Under the pieces are notes generated by a model. That model was not told the origin of the DNA and made no database searches. It saw nothing but the letters and a program-made list of their open reading frames with translations. This document shows positions 13,696-29,074 of a DNA stretch of 64,000 nucleotides, piece after piece (position 1 is the stretch's first letter; every line of letters begins with the position of its first letter). The stretch comes from Eledone cirrhosa (taxonomy: Eukaryota), in assembly GCA_964016885.1 (NCBI GenBank), contig CAXHJY010000690.1:29863-93862 (forward strand), in the 5' to 3' direction. The translations under genes and the position numbers were made by a program.

Positions 13696-14871
13696 ACACT
13701 ATTTAGTCTTCTTATTTTAAGATAGATCACTACAAATTTCCAATCTCTAGGTAAATAACCTTCATTGTTCAACAAATTGTTCTATCAAAAGCTAGCTTAG
13801 TATAGTGTAAGTCAGTGTTTAACCTTCAGCAAAGCTATATAAACCCTATATAAATATTTTGGTTTGGTCATTGAACTGACACAAGTTGGGAGTTAAGTTA
13901 GTTGAACCTCAGCTTAAATAAATACACCAAAATACACCAAAGTAATCGAAGCCAACACAACACTTTTTTACATACATGTATTATGTACTGCTTTCTTTAC
14001 TGCAGTGCCTGCATCACCCAAATCAATCCTTGGCAAACTTGTTTTGTCCAACATATTACTTTGTGTGTTTTAGATACCAATTTATTGTTGTTGTAAACTA
14101 CTTAATGATGATAACTAAGTTGGCTTCTACACTAAATATTCACGTCATCTTGGTTATTTATTTATAACTCTTAAAAAAAATTTTTATTTGATATTTTTAA
14201 AAAATCACCTTTATTTTTCCCTGTTAACTTTGGTTGAAGTGTTTTGGAAGTTCCTTTATTTTAATATTATAATAATTAGTTGTTTTGATACCAATCCACC
14301 TGAAACCAATCCTGACTCTATAATACAAAAGTGTCTGATTCAATCGTTCTAATACTAACCCACCTGAAACTGCCCTTGGTTTTGTGATACAAAACTGTTT
14401 GTTTTAAAGTGTTTATATCTACCTACAAATGCTTCATCATGATTTTGTATAAGAACCTTTAAATTATGTTCCAAATACCAGCCAAATAATGTGAAAGTTA
14501 TATTATTAAATACCTCAAAATTTGTGATTATTTAAAAAATTATTTGAAGATCATAGGAAGTATCTTTCCCCAGTAATATGGTACTGAAAGGGTTATATAT
14601 CTATTTTAAAAAAAACTTTCCATCATAATTTTATGTAAGAATCTTTGTTCCAAATAACAGCTTAATAATGAAAATGTTATATTACTCAATCCCTCTAAAT
14701 TCTTTGTTACTTCTAAAATTATTTGAAAATTATAGGCAATGACTTTCATTACTAATATAACGAAAGGGTCAATAAAATAAGTATTCTTTCTGATACTATT
14801 TTCTTCCTTATATACAGTGTTAACAAATGTTGCCTTTTTTGATGTATTGAGCAAAAATATTTCTAATTCAA

Positions 14872-15120
14872 AGCTACATGGCACTAATACAGCAACAGTA
14901 TGGCACCAATGCAGTGACTAAATGGCTGTGCATCGTCACAACTACAGTATGGCACCAATGCAGTGATTACATGGCTGGGCAACATCACAGCTACAGCATT
15001 GCAGCTTCACACTAACTACATGGCTATGCACCATCATGACTGTAGCAGGTCATCAATGCAGTGACTGCATAGCTGTGCACCTTGACAGCTACAACATGAC
15101 ACCTTCACAGTGACTACATG
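14872..15120. repeat. Degenerate ~49-bp minisatellite (about 5 units)
   Basis: ACAGTATGGCACCAATGCAGTGA at 14895 and 14944, followed by diverged copies. Confidence 0.7.
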
Positions 15121-15704
15121 GGCAATTTGGAATACACATAGTTGGAACTGACAAGCCCAACACGTATGTTTTTCTTTGAGAATTAGGACTTCTTTTAAGA
15201 ATTCACATTGGTCACTAACTGTGAGGCAGTGTGTAAAAATGCCTTATACTTGTGTGTCTATATTTATTCAAAGAAGCTCAAATGTTTGTGTGAATGCATG
15301 TGCGAGGGTGTATATATGTACATATATGTGTGTATGTGGATCTAGGGTTTAACTTGACATTTTGATCTATTTACAAGACTTTCATAAATTTGTCAGTGTA
15401 GATATTCCCCTAATGTCATATGCACTGAGTAACACACAAGGAAGGATATTTATTTTCTAGTTAACATTGACTGACACTTGACTATCATGTGCTTTAACAC
15501 TTACTAAAATCTCATTATCAAGGTGTATTTTTCTTTGTTATTAATGGTCTTAAGTAAATAAAGGTATTTGGCTTAGTGGTTAGGGTGTTGAACTTGCGAT
15601 GATACTGTCATGTGTTCGATTCTTACTCCAGGTGGCATGTTATGTTCTTGAGCAAGGCGTTTCTTTTCATGTTGCTTTGTACAATAGGACTGGGTTCCCT
15701 ATCA

Positions 15705-15938
15705 CTAACCCTTTAGCATTTACATTATTCTATACTTACTATTGTATTTATTTTACATAATTATAGGCTTTATTTTACATAATTATCTATGTAGTATCAA
15801 ATCTACGAGATTTTGATGTCACTTAGTTTGAGAACAATAACTTAATATAGGTATGAGTGGCCAGTTACAGCTGGTTTGAACAGAAAGAGGTGAAACAATT
15901 CTGTCCGGATATGGCCGGTTTGAATGCTAAAGGGTTAA
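15705..15938. mobile_element. piggyBac-type MITE, family A
   Basis: (C)TAA-CCCTTTAGCATT ... AATGCTAAAGGG-TTAA; same internal sequence as the other copies. Confidence 0.85.
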
Positions 15939-16957
15939 AACACCCAAGAAACCTATGAGGTGTGAGTGTGAATTTAATTTTTAAGTAAAAGCTGAATCCC
16001 TGCAAGACCTTAATATAGACCAGTGATCCCAAAAGTGGATGCTACTCTCCCCAATTCCCCCGGAGAGGTACAGGGAGTCTGAAGAGGATCACTGGAAGAC
16101 AAAAGGATGGGGTAGAGATCATTGGACAACAAGGGTCGTGAAGGAGAACATACTGGGGGCTCATATCACTATTGTGCAGATCAGGAGTTGACAGCAGAAG
16201 GGTTGTGGTTCACAAGTGGGTTATTGAGGTTTTCTCTGTGGGTCTTGAACCTTTTCAAATTTTTGTATGTGATCTATCTATGCTGACTGCCAGGCTGTTC
16301 AGAAGTAAACCCAGATAAGAAACAAATCCCACCTTGGGGTTGGCAACATGGTGGATGTATGACATCAACTCAGGAACTCTAGTTAAGTCAAGTGATTCAT
16401 TCTAGATGCTGAGCAGTTGGTATCAAAAGATTTCATTAAGTGAACGACTGCAATATGCATTGACAAGTAGCACCGGATTTATGTATCAATGCTCAATTGA
16501 AACAATAAAACCTATTGTAAATAACATAAGGTTCACATGTGGGTCATGGGCTAAACTTGAAAAATATATCAAAGGTGAGCTATTAGAAAAAGAAGTGTGG
16601 TCTCTGCTCTAACCTGTATTAATAGAGCTCTCTACTACTACTATACTATTACTACCATCACCACCATTACCACTACTAATACTACTACCACCACTGTCAC
16701 TACTAATACTATTACCAACACTGTCACAACTAACACTACTACCTCCATTACCACCAACACACTACTAATACTACTATCACTATCACCACTACCACCACAC
16801 TACTAATACTACTATCACCACTACCACTATTACTACAATTAATTCATCTTGGTCTTTTTCAACCTCACACCACTGTAATGTAACTTTGTCTTCATTTCAT
16901 CTGATCCCATTACAGACAAACTTCAAATGAACTGAACCAATGATTTAGCCCTTGCAG

Positions 16958-17006
<49 letters not shown>

Positions 17007-17205
17007 TTGTGTTGTTTGTTTTTTCCCTACTAGAAAGGGTTATATTGTATCTAATAATAATAATTTTCCTGTGTTTCAGAGAAGATATTTTCTTCTTAGC
17101 AACCGTTTTGATCTATTGAACTGTTTTGAAGACATGATTGCTGTTTGTCTTCATCTCCTATATGTATACTATGTTTTATATATATATATATATATCATCA
17201 TCATC

Positions 17206-17613
17206 ATCATCATCAACGTTTAACGTCTGTGTTCCATGCTTGCATGGGTTTGGATGGGGGTGGTCCCACTTGAGGCAAGAGTGATTGTCTTGCTCGCATA
17301 GGACTGTCTGGCAGGTTTTCTACAGTTGGATGCCCTTCCTAACACCAACCACATTTACAGTGTGGGTCTGGGAGGTTTTTACCGTGTTGCCTACACGGCC
17401 ACATTACAGCGTGGACTGTGTGTTTTTTTGTCGTGACACCTACACGATCTCATTTGTTTCGGCCTGGATTTTCTGGCACCAACATAACTTTACATAGAAC
17501 GGGGTGGTGTGGATGGGGTGGGGGTGGTGGTGGTGGGACGGGGTGTATTTTGTTAGAGATGCCTACTGGCTGGAGTAGGTTTTACTGTATATTTAGGTAA
17601 GGCGGGTCTTCTC
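17206..17613 (-). mobile_element. 3'UTR-only copy of the long-tailed RTE subfamily
   Basis: Aligns with 17744-18275 but has a single copy of the 112-bp unit; (TGA)n tail; ends at a TA microsatellite. Confidence 0.8.
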
Positions 17614-17696
17614 TATATATATATATATGCCATCCAAACCCATGCAAGCGTGGAAGATGGACGTTAAACAATGATGATGATGATGATACACACACT

Positions 17697-17743
<47 letters not shown>

Positions 17744-17744
<1 letters not shown>

Positions 17745-19582
17745 CATCATCATCATCATCATCATCATCAGGTTTAGCGTCCGTGTTCCACGCTTACATG
17801 GGTTTGGACGGGGGTTTTCCCACTTGAAGCAAGAGTGGTTGTCTTGCTCGCATAGGACTGTCTGGCGGGTTTTCTACAGCTGGATGCCCTTCCTAACACC
17901 AACCACATTTACAGTGTGGGGCTGGGAGGTTTTTACCGTGTTGCCTACACGGCCACATTACAGCATGGACTGTCTGGCGGGTTTTCTACAGCTGGATGCC
18001 CTTCCTAACACCAACCACATTTACAATGTGGGGCTGGGAGGTTTTTACCGTGTTGCCTACACGGCCACATTTACAGCGTGGACTGTGTTTTTTTGTCGTG
18101 ACACCTACACAATCTCATTTGTTTCGGCCTGGATGTTGTGGGACCAACATAACTTTACATTGAAAGGGGCGGTGTGGATGGGGTGGAGGTGGTGGGACGG
18201 GGGTGTGTTTTGATAGAGATGCCTACTGACTGTAGTAGGTTTTTACTTTGTATTTAGGTAAGGCGGGTCTTCTCTATTACTGAGTACCGCCAAAGGTCTC
18301 GGTCCAGTGACATTGTCTTGGAGAGGTGTAAGCGTGTGAGGTCGGAATTTATCATGTCGTCCCAGGTTTTTCTGGGTCTGCCTACTCCGTGGCTACCATC
18401 TATCTTTATTGCCCTGCACTTTGTTATACAGCTGTCGTCTTTCATGCGCATCACGTGACCGTACCAACGTAGCCTTCTCTCGAGTAAACATCTGATCCCT
18501 CTTATTTCTAATTATTTCATTAGTTCGTTTATGCTTAGCCGTTGACGTATATTACTATTGCACATCCAGCGGAGCATGCAAGCTTCGTTCCTCTCTAGTC
18601 TGTGTATATCCTCTGCACACAATTCCCAGGTCTCACTGCCATGCAGCATTGCTGTTCGTATGCAGGCATCGTATAACCTGCCTTTCATTTTTAGGGAGAA
18701 CCCTCTAGCGGCTAATAGTGGTATAAGCTCTCTGAACTTTTTCCATCCAGTTCTGACTCTAGCTACTGTACTTTCAGAGCACCCTCCCCCACTGCTGATT
18801 TTGTCACCCAGGTAACGGAAGCTGTCCACTATTTCTATAGAACCCTCTGCGCAATTGAAAGAGCTAGTATTTAGTGGGCACTTGCTGCTACTTATTGCAC
18901 CAGAGCACCGGCCACATGTAAAATCTATGTTCTTAGCTAGCTTACCTGTGATCGCACTACATCTTTTATGCACCCATACTTTGCATTGGGGACATAAAAT
19001 GGAGTTTCTACCTACGCCTTTCCTACACACTGAGCATGGCCATTTCCCGGAAGGGACCGCCGCCTTGTTTTCTTTCCTACAAACTAGAACTTTAGTCTTA
19101 GCCAGGTTAATTTTAAGGCCTTTTGATTCTAGGCCATGCTTCCATGTTTGGAATTTCTTCTCTAGTTCGGTCATTGATTCAGCTATGAGCGTTAGATCGT
19201 CTGCGTATAGGAGTTCCTATGGGCAGCCGGTCTTGAACTCCTCTGTTATAGCCTGAAGGGCAATAATAAATAGTAGGGGGCTAAGAACAGAGCCCTGATG
19301 GACACCAACTTTTACGCTAAACTCTTCACTATATTCGTTGTTAATTCTAACCTTACTGACTGTTTCTTTATACATGGCTTGTATGGCTCTCACAAGCCAT
19401 TCGTCAACACCTAGTTTTCTAAGAGCCCACCAGATAATGGAACGGGGGACTCTGTCGAAGGCTTTCTCCAAGTCGACAAAAGCTAAGTATAGGGGTTTAC
19501 TTTTAGCTAGGTACTTCTCCTGTAGTTGTCGTACAATGAAAAGAGCGTCTGTGGTACTTTTACCTGACACAAACCCGAACTG
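17744..19582 (-). mobile_element. RTE-clade LINE, 5'-truncated (RT + C-terminus + ~500-nt 3'UTR + (TGA)n tail)
   Basis: QFGF..GKSTTDA, FVDLEKAFDRVPR, GVHQGSVLSPLLF and YADD RT motifs; premature stop at 19217; frameshift near 18500. Confidence 0.95.
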
Positions 19583-19715
19583 TAAAAAGTACTTGTTCAA
19601 TTAACACTTAGAATTTAATATTCTATCATACTATTTCATTATAATACCATATTATATATATTTTAAAGGATTGTAAATAAAACAAGTAAATCAGACAAAG
19701 TTGGAATTCCTCTTA

Positions 19716-19766
<51 letters not shown>

Positions 19767-19770
<4 letters not shown>

Positions 19771-21222
19771 TGTTATACTTTGGGAGGGTCATGTTGCCAA
19801 TAAGAAACACACGCACCAGTTGCTTTCACTTCAATTTATTATAATAAATTTAGGAATTTAGGAATTTATAAATTTCTTGTTGGTTGGCTGGTTCCACAAC
19901 CAGATAGTTGTTTATATATTGTCAAAGTTCTTTCGTCACACATTCTGTGACCTCTTCAGTGACTGGGGATTCTTTTCTTTGTTTTTATGCCTCTCCTTTG
20001 TTCTGTCCTACGCCATTTTGTTTCTGTGTGTGTGTTGTGTGCTCAGTCTGCGCATGCGCCACATCCGGGTGTCTGTGTGTGTTTATATTCGTTTATATAT
20101 TAGTTTATTTACATGTTACCGGTTGGTTGTTTGTTCTATGTGCGTGTTGTTTTCATTTTGTCCTTAATTGTAAGTTGTGATGTTGCTGTTCCACTCATAT
20201 TTTCTATTTAATTTTGGTTGTAATTCTTTTATGTTTATTGCCTCTGTGATTTGTCTAAACATTGCATCTTTTCTGTGTGTAGATTCTATTTTTATTTCTA
20301 TTTTCTCTAATTTACCCTTATGTTCTATTTTAGCATGTTGGTAGAGTACAGATGATTCTTTACTATCTTGAAGGTCTCGCCACTGTTCATTTATCCGTTC
20401 CCCTACACTACGAGCTGTCTCACCTATGTACACTATATTTTTGTCTCTACATTGTCCTTCAGTACATCTTATGCTATACACTACATTTCTAGTTTTACAG
20501 GTTATACATTTCTTATCTATACAGGGGGGTCTTTGAAAAGGGTATGTCTTGCTAATAAGTGTTTTTACGGAGGTACCTGGTCTTTCTACTATCTTAATAT
20601 TGAGTTTATGTTTATCTAGAGCCCTTCTAAATTTGTAAGCTAATTCACCTCTAGGGGTTGTATCGATGAACATTACACTCTGGTATTTATTGCTATCATA
20701 CCATGAGTTTATTCTATTAGCCTTATTCCTAGTTCTTTCTATTCTATTCCAAAATTTGCTCCTATACAAGGAGCAGGTCCCATTTATGTCATTATTTACC
20801 ATTTTTTCCCATTTGGTTCTGGCTCCTCTATACACTCTGATTTTATCTCTCTGATTGTAACCAGAGAAATGCATACGGTGGATGAAGTGTTGTATATGTC
20901 TCTCTAGTTCTTCAGGGTTGCACATGCGGGACACGTTTCTCATCACCCGTACCAAAACGTAATCAGTATGTTGATTTTGGTATGGTCCGAAACAGCTGAG
21001 TTTCGGTGGATCAGATGTTTGGAAGTCATGGGCTGGCATAATGGGAATGGAGGATTTGTTTTTTGTTATTAATGGTATCTAACCAGAGCTCTGTGTCTAG
21101 TACAGGTAATCGATGGTTGGGGTGTTTACTTGCGTAGTCTATAGTAACTCTAATACTCTGGTGGATGGAGTTAGCTATTTGCTGGATGCTTTCCATTGTG
21201 TTTTTCTCTAGTTCCTGACTGT
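19767..21222 (-). mobile_element. Penelope-like retroelement (PLE), 5'-truncated: RT thumb + GIY-YIG endonuclease + 3' pseudo-LTR; Naiad-like
   Basis: LPVLDTELW, (K)[32 protein letters not shown]....YIGETARSVGERINE, LYQH...H, RQITEAINI...LNRKYEW motifs; two frameshifts near 20955-21035; (TA)n on both sides; hammerhead in the 3' non-coding part. The clade assignment comes from recalled motifs only. Confidence 0.9.
19921..19963 (-). ncRNA. Minimal type I hammerhead ribozyme in the PLE pseudo-LTR
   Basis: Minus strand reads GUCA-CUGAAGA-G-GUCACA gaaug UGUGAC-GAAA-G AA C-UU-UGAC: stem I 4 bp, intact core, stem II 6 bp, very short stem III, predicted cleavage after CUU. Confidence 0.8.
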
Positions 21223-25200
<3,978 letters not shown>

Positions 25201-26161
25201 CTAAAAATGAAAGGCAGGTTATACGATGCCTGCATACGAACAGCAATGCTGCATGGCAGTGAGACCTGGGCATTGTGTGCAGAGGATATACGCAGACTAG
25301 AGAGGAACGAAGCTTGCATGCTCCGCTGAATGTGCAATAGTAATATACGTGAACGGCTAAGCATAAACGAACTAAGGAAAAAATTAGAAATAAGAGGGAT
25401 CAGATGTTGTTTACTCGAGAGAAGGCTACGTTGGTATGGTCACTTGATGCGCATGAAAGACGACAGCTGTATAACAAAGTGCAGGGCAATAAAGATAGAC
25501 GGTAGCCACGGAGTAGGCAGACCCAGAAAAACCTGGGACGACATGATAAATTCCGACCTCACACGCTTACACCTCTCCAAGACAATGTCACTAGACCGAG
25601 ACCTTTGGCGGTACTCAGTAATAGAGAAGACCCGCCTTACCTAAATATAAAGTAAAAACTTACTACAGTCAGTAGGCATCTCTATCAAAACACAACCCCG
25701 TCCCACCACCTCCACCCCATCCACACCGCCCCTTTCAATGTAAAGTTATGTTGGTCCCACAACATCCAGGCCGAAACAAATGAGATCGTGTAGGTGTCAT
25801 GACAAAAAAATACACAGTCCACGCTGTAAATGTGGCCGTGTAGGCAACACGGTAAAAACCTCCCAGCCCCACACTGTAAATGTGGTTGGTGTTAGGAAGG
25901 GCATCCAGCTGTAGAAAACCCGCCAGACAGTCCACGCTGTAATGTGGCCGTGTAGGCAACACGGTAAAAACTTCCCAGCCCTACACTGTAAATGTGGTTG
26001 GTGTTAGGAAGGGCATCCAGCTGTAGAAAACCCGCCAGACAGTCTTGTGCGAGCAAGACAACCACTCTTGCCTCAAGTGGGAAAACCCCTGTCCAAACCC
26101 ATGCAAGCGTGGAACACGGACGCTAAACCTGATGATGATGATGATGATGTTGATGATGATG
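25201..26161 (+). mobile_element. RTE-clade LINE 3' fragment, inverted near-identical copy of 17744-18694
   Basis: [23 protein letters not shown]...KTRLT*, same 3'UTR with the duplicated 112-bp unit, (TGA)n tail. Confidence 0.95.
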
Positions 26162-26231
26162 TATATATATATATATGTACATATACATATATATATACAT
26201 GTATATATATGTATATATACATATATATATG

Positions 26232-26262
<31 letters not shown>

Positions 26263-26263
26263 G

Positions 26264-28846
26264 TTTTTTTGTCGTGACACCTACACGACCTCATTTGTTT
26301 CAGGCTGGATATTGTGGTACCAACATAACCTTACATTGAAAGGGGTGCGGTGTAGTGGGACGGGGGTGTATTTTGAGAGATGTGCCTACTGACTGTAGTA
26401 GGTTTCACTTTGCACTTAGGTAAGGCGGGTCTTCTCTATTACTGTGTAGCGCCAAAGATCTCGGTCCAGTGACATTGTCTTGGAGAGGTGTAAGTGTGTG
26501 AGGTCGGAATTTATGAAGTCTGCCTACTCCGTGGCTACCGTCTATTTTTATTGCCCTGCACTTTTTTATAGACCTGTCGTCTTTCATGCGCATCACGTGA
26601 CCATACCAACGTAGTCTTCTCTCGAGTAAACAACATCTGATCCTCTTATTTCTAATTTCTCCCTTAGTTCGTTTATGCTTTGCCGTTCACGTATATTACT
26701 ATTACACATCCAGCGGAGCATGCAAGCTTCGTTTCTCTCCAGTCTGCGTATATCCTCTGCACACAATGCCCAGGTCTCACTGCCATGTAACATTGCTGTT
26801 CGTATGCAGGCATCATAAAGCCTGCCTTTCATTTTTAGAGAGAACCCTTTAGCGGCCAATAGTGGTATAAGCTCTCTGAACTTTTTCCATCCAGTTCTGA
26901 CTCTAGCTACTGTACTTTCAGAGCACCCTCCCCCACTGCTGATTTTATCACCCAGGTAACGGAGGCTGTCCACTATTTCTATAGAACCATCTGTGCAATG
27001 GAATGAGTTAGTATTCCGTGGGCACTTGCTGCTACTTATTGCACCAGAGCACCGGCCACATATAAAATCTATATTCTTAGTTAGCTTACCTGTGATCCCA
27101 CTACATCTTTTATGTAACCATACTTTGCATTTGGGACATAAAATGGAGTTTCTACCTACTCCTTTCCTACACACTGAGCATGGCTATTTCCCAGATGGGA
27201 CCGGTGCCCTATTTTCCTTCCTACAAACTAGAACTTTAGTCTTAGACAAGTTAACTTTAAGGCCTTTTGATTCTAGGCCATGCTTCCATGTTTGGAATTT
27301 CTTCTCTAGTTCGGCCATTGATTCAGCTATGAGCGTTAGATCATCTGCATATAGGACTTCCCATGGGCAGCCGGTCTTGAACTCCTCTGTTATAGCCTGA
27401 AGGGCAATAATAAATAGTAGGGGGCTAAGGACGGAGCTGTGATGAACACCAACTTTTATGCTAAACTCTTCACTATATTCGTTGTTAATTCTAACCTTGC
27501 TGACTGTTTCTTTATACATGGCTTGAATAGCTCTCACAAGCCATTCATTAACACCTAGTTTTCTAAGGGCCCACCAGATTTCTCCAAGTCAACAAAAGCT
27601 AAGTATAGGGGTTTACTTTTAGCTAGGTACTTCTCCTGTAGTTGTCGTACAATGAAAAGAGCGTCTGTTGTTCTTTTACCTGACACAAACCCGAACTGCA
27701 TTTCGTCTAGATCAATTCGCTCTCTGATTAGTTGCGCTATTACTTTTTCTGTGACCTTCATGACCTGGTCAATTAATTTAATGCCTCTATAGTTTCCCCT
27801 ATCTAGGGCATCACCTTTACCCTTGTAGCAGTTAATGATGATGCTGCTGCGCCAGTCCTTCGGAACGACCCCATTCTGTATGACTTGGTTGACTATCCGG
27901 GTGACCATAATGTGTCCCACCGTTCCAGATGCTTTCAGCATTTCGGCAACTATTTCCGAAGGCCCGGCTGCCTTGCCTGTCTTCATGTCTTTGATCGCCT
28001 TACTTATTATACTACCTTCAACTTGCACTGCTGGTCCCTCTATTGGGTCGATGTGGGGGAGACTGTCTTTCTCCCATTTATTCTCCTCATTTAGTAGCCT
28101 TTCGTAGTGACACTTCCAAGCTATCTTCTTATCAGCGTCAGTGATGGCAAGTACACCATCATCATTTAGGACACACTTCTCCCCGACAATATCACTGTTT
28201 TCCTTGACACATTGCCTAGCAATCCTGAACACCTCACGTTTTTGGTCCTCGCGTTGTAGAACATGCTTGAACTTTCTTTCCTCTGCTTCCCTTCTTGCGA
28301 AGTACACTTGTCCCCTAGCTTCCCTCCTGGCCACTTGATAGTCTTCTCTACTTCCCCCATCCCGCCGTGCTTTCCAAGCCTGCTTTTTGGCCTTGATTGA
28401 CCTCTCCATCTTACTGTTCCAAGTTACTCTCCTCCTGCCTATAGGCCTGCTCCAGCCACAGGTTTCATCTGTCGCCTTCAGCAGGTTAGCTTTCAGGAAT
28501 TCCCACTGTTCCTCTATATTGTACGACTCTAATTGCTCTTCCTTACTATCAAAAGCATCAAGTAATATACTTTTAAATTTATGACTGGCTGTGGGGTCCT
28601 TTAATTTCCATATTTTTCTCCTGAGGATAGTCCTCTTCTGTTGTCGAGTACGTCTCGTCCTGACTATGAGGTCGCTAATTATGAGTCTATGTTGAGAGGT
28701 GCATTTTTCATGGGGGAGGGATTTAGTGTTTACAACAGACACTCTGTCACGTCTCCTGGTAAGGATATAATCTACCTGGCTTGTGTGTTCCCCCGATCTA
28801 TAGGTGATCAAGTGATTCTCGTTTTTTGAAGTTAGTGTTACAGATA
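26264..28846 (-). mobile_element. Near full-length RTE LINE, 3' part (end of APE domain, RT, C-terminus); interrupted by a Tx1 insertion
   Basis: ITYRSG..TSQVDYIL, QHRLII, KGKGDALDRGNYRGIKL, YADD; several frameshifts/deletions; continues at 34511. Confidence 0.95.
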
Positions 28847-29074
28847 TATTTCTTTATTTACCATAAAGGTATAAAAAGAAGGGACAAATACAAAGGGGGA
28901 GTTTACATAAAACCGAGTAAAAAGGGTATAAAATGAAAATAATCAAAAACAACCTCAAAAGGGAGGGGACGTGATGGGGGTTGCACCCCCCCCCCCCCCC
29001 CCCCGGAAAAAGTGTGCAATCCTTTGCCCGGGGAGCATATGGAGAAGGAGCTCCGATCTCCTTCACTTCTTCAC

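Noticed and set aside
14872-15120. CRISPR-like repeat-spacer array
   Set aside because: Eukaryotic context; the 'spacers' are themselves diverged repeat units, so this is a minisatellite.
16406-16612. 68-aa ORF as a possible host exon
   Set aside because: No recognisable homology or supporting splice pattern; not CDC34 exon 1.
20164-21222. Selenocysteine-encoding PLE (reported for some Naiads)
   Set aside because: No in-frame UGA at conserved Cys positions in the surviving part. The UGA at 21026 results from a frameshift in (K)PMT, and no SECIS was recognised.
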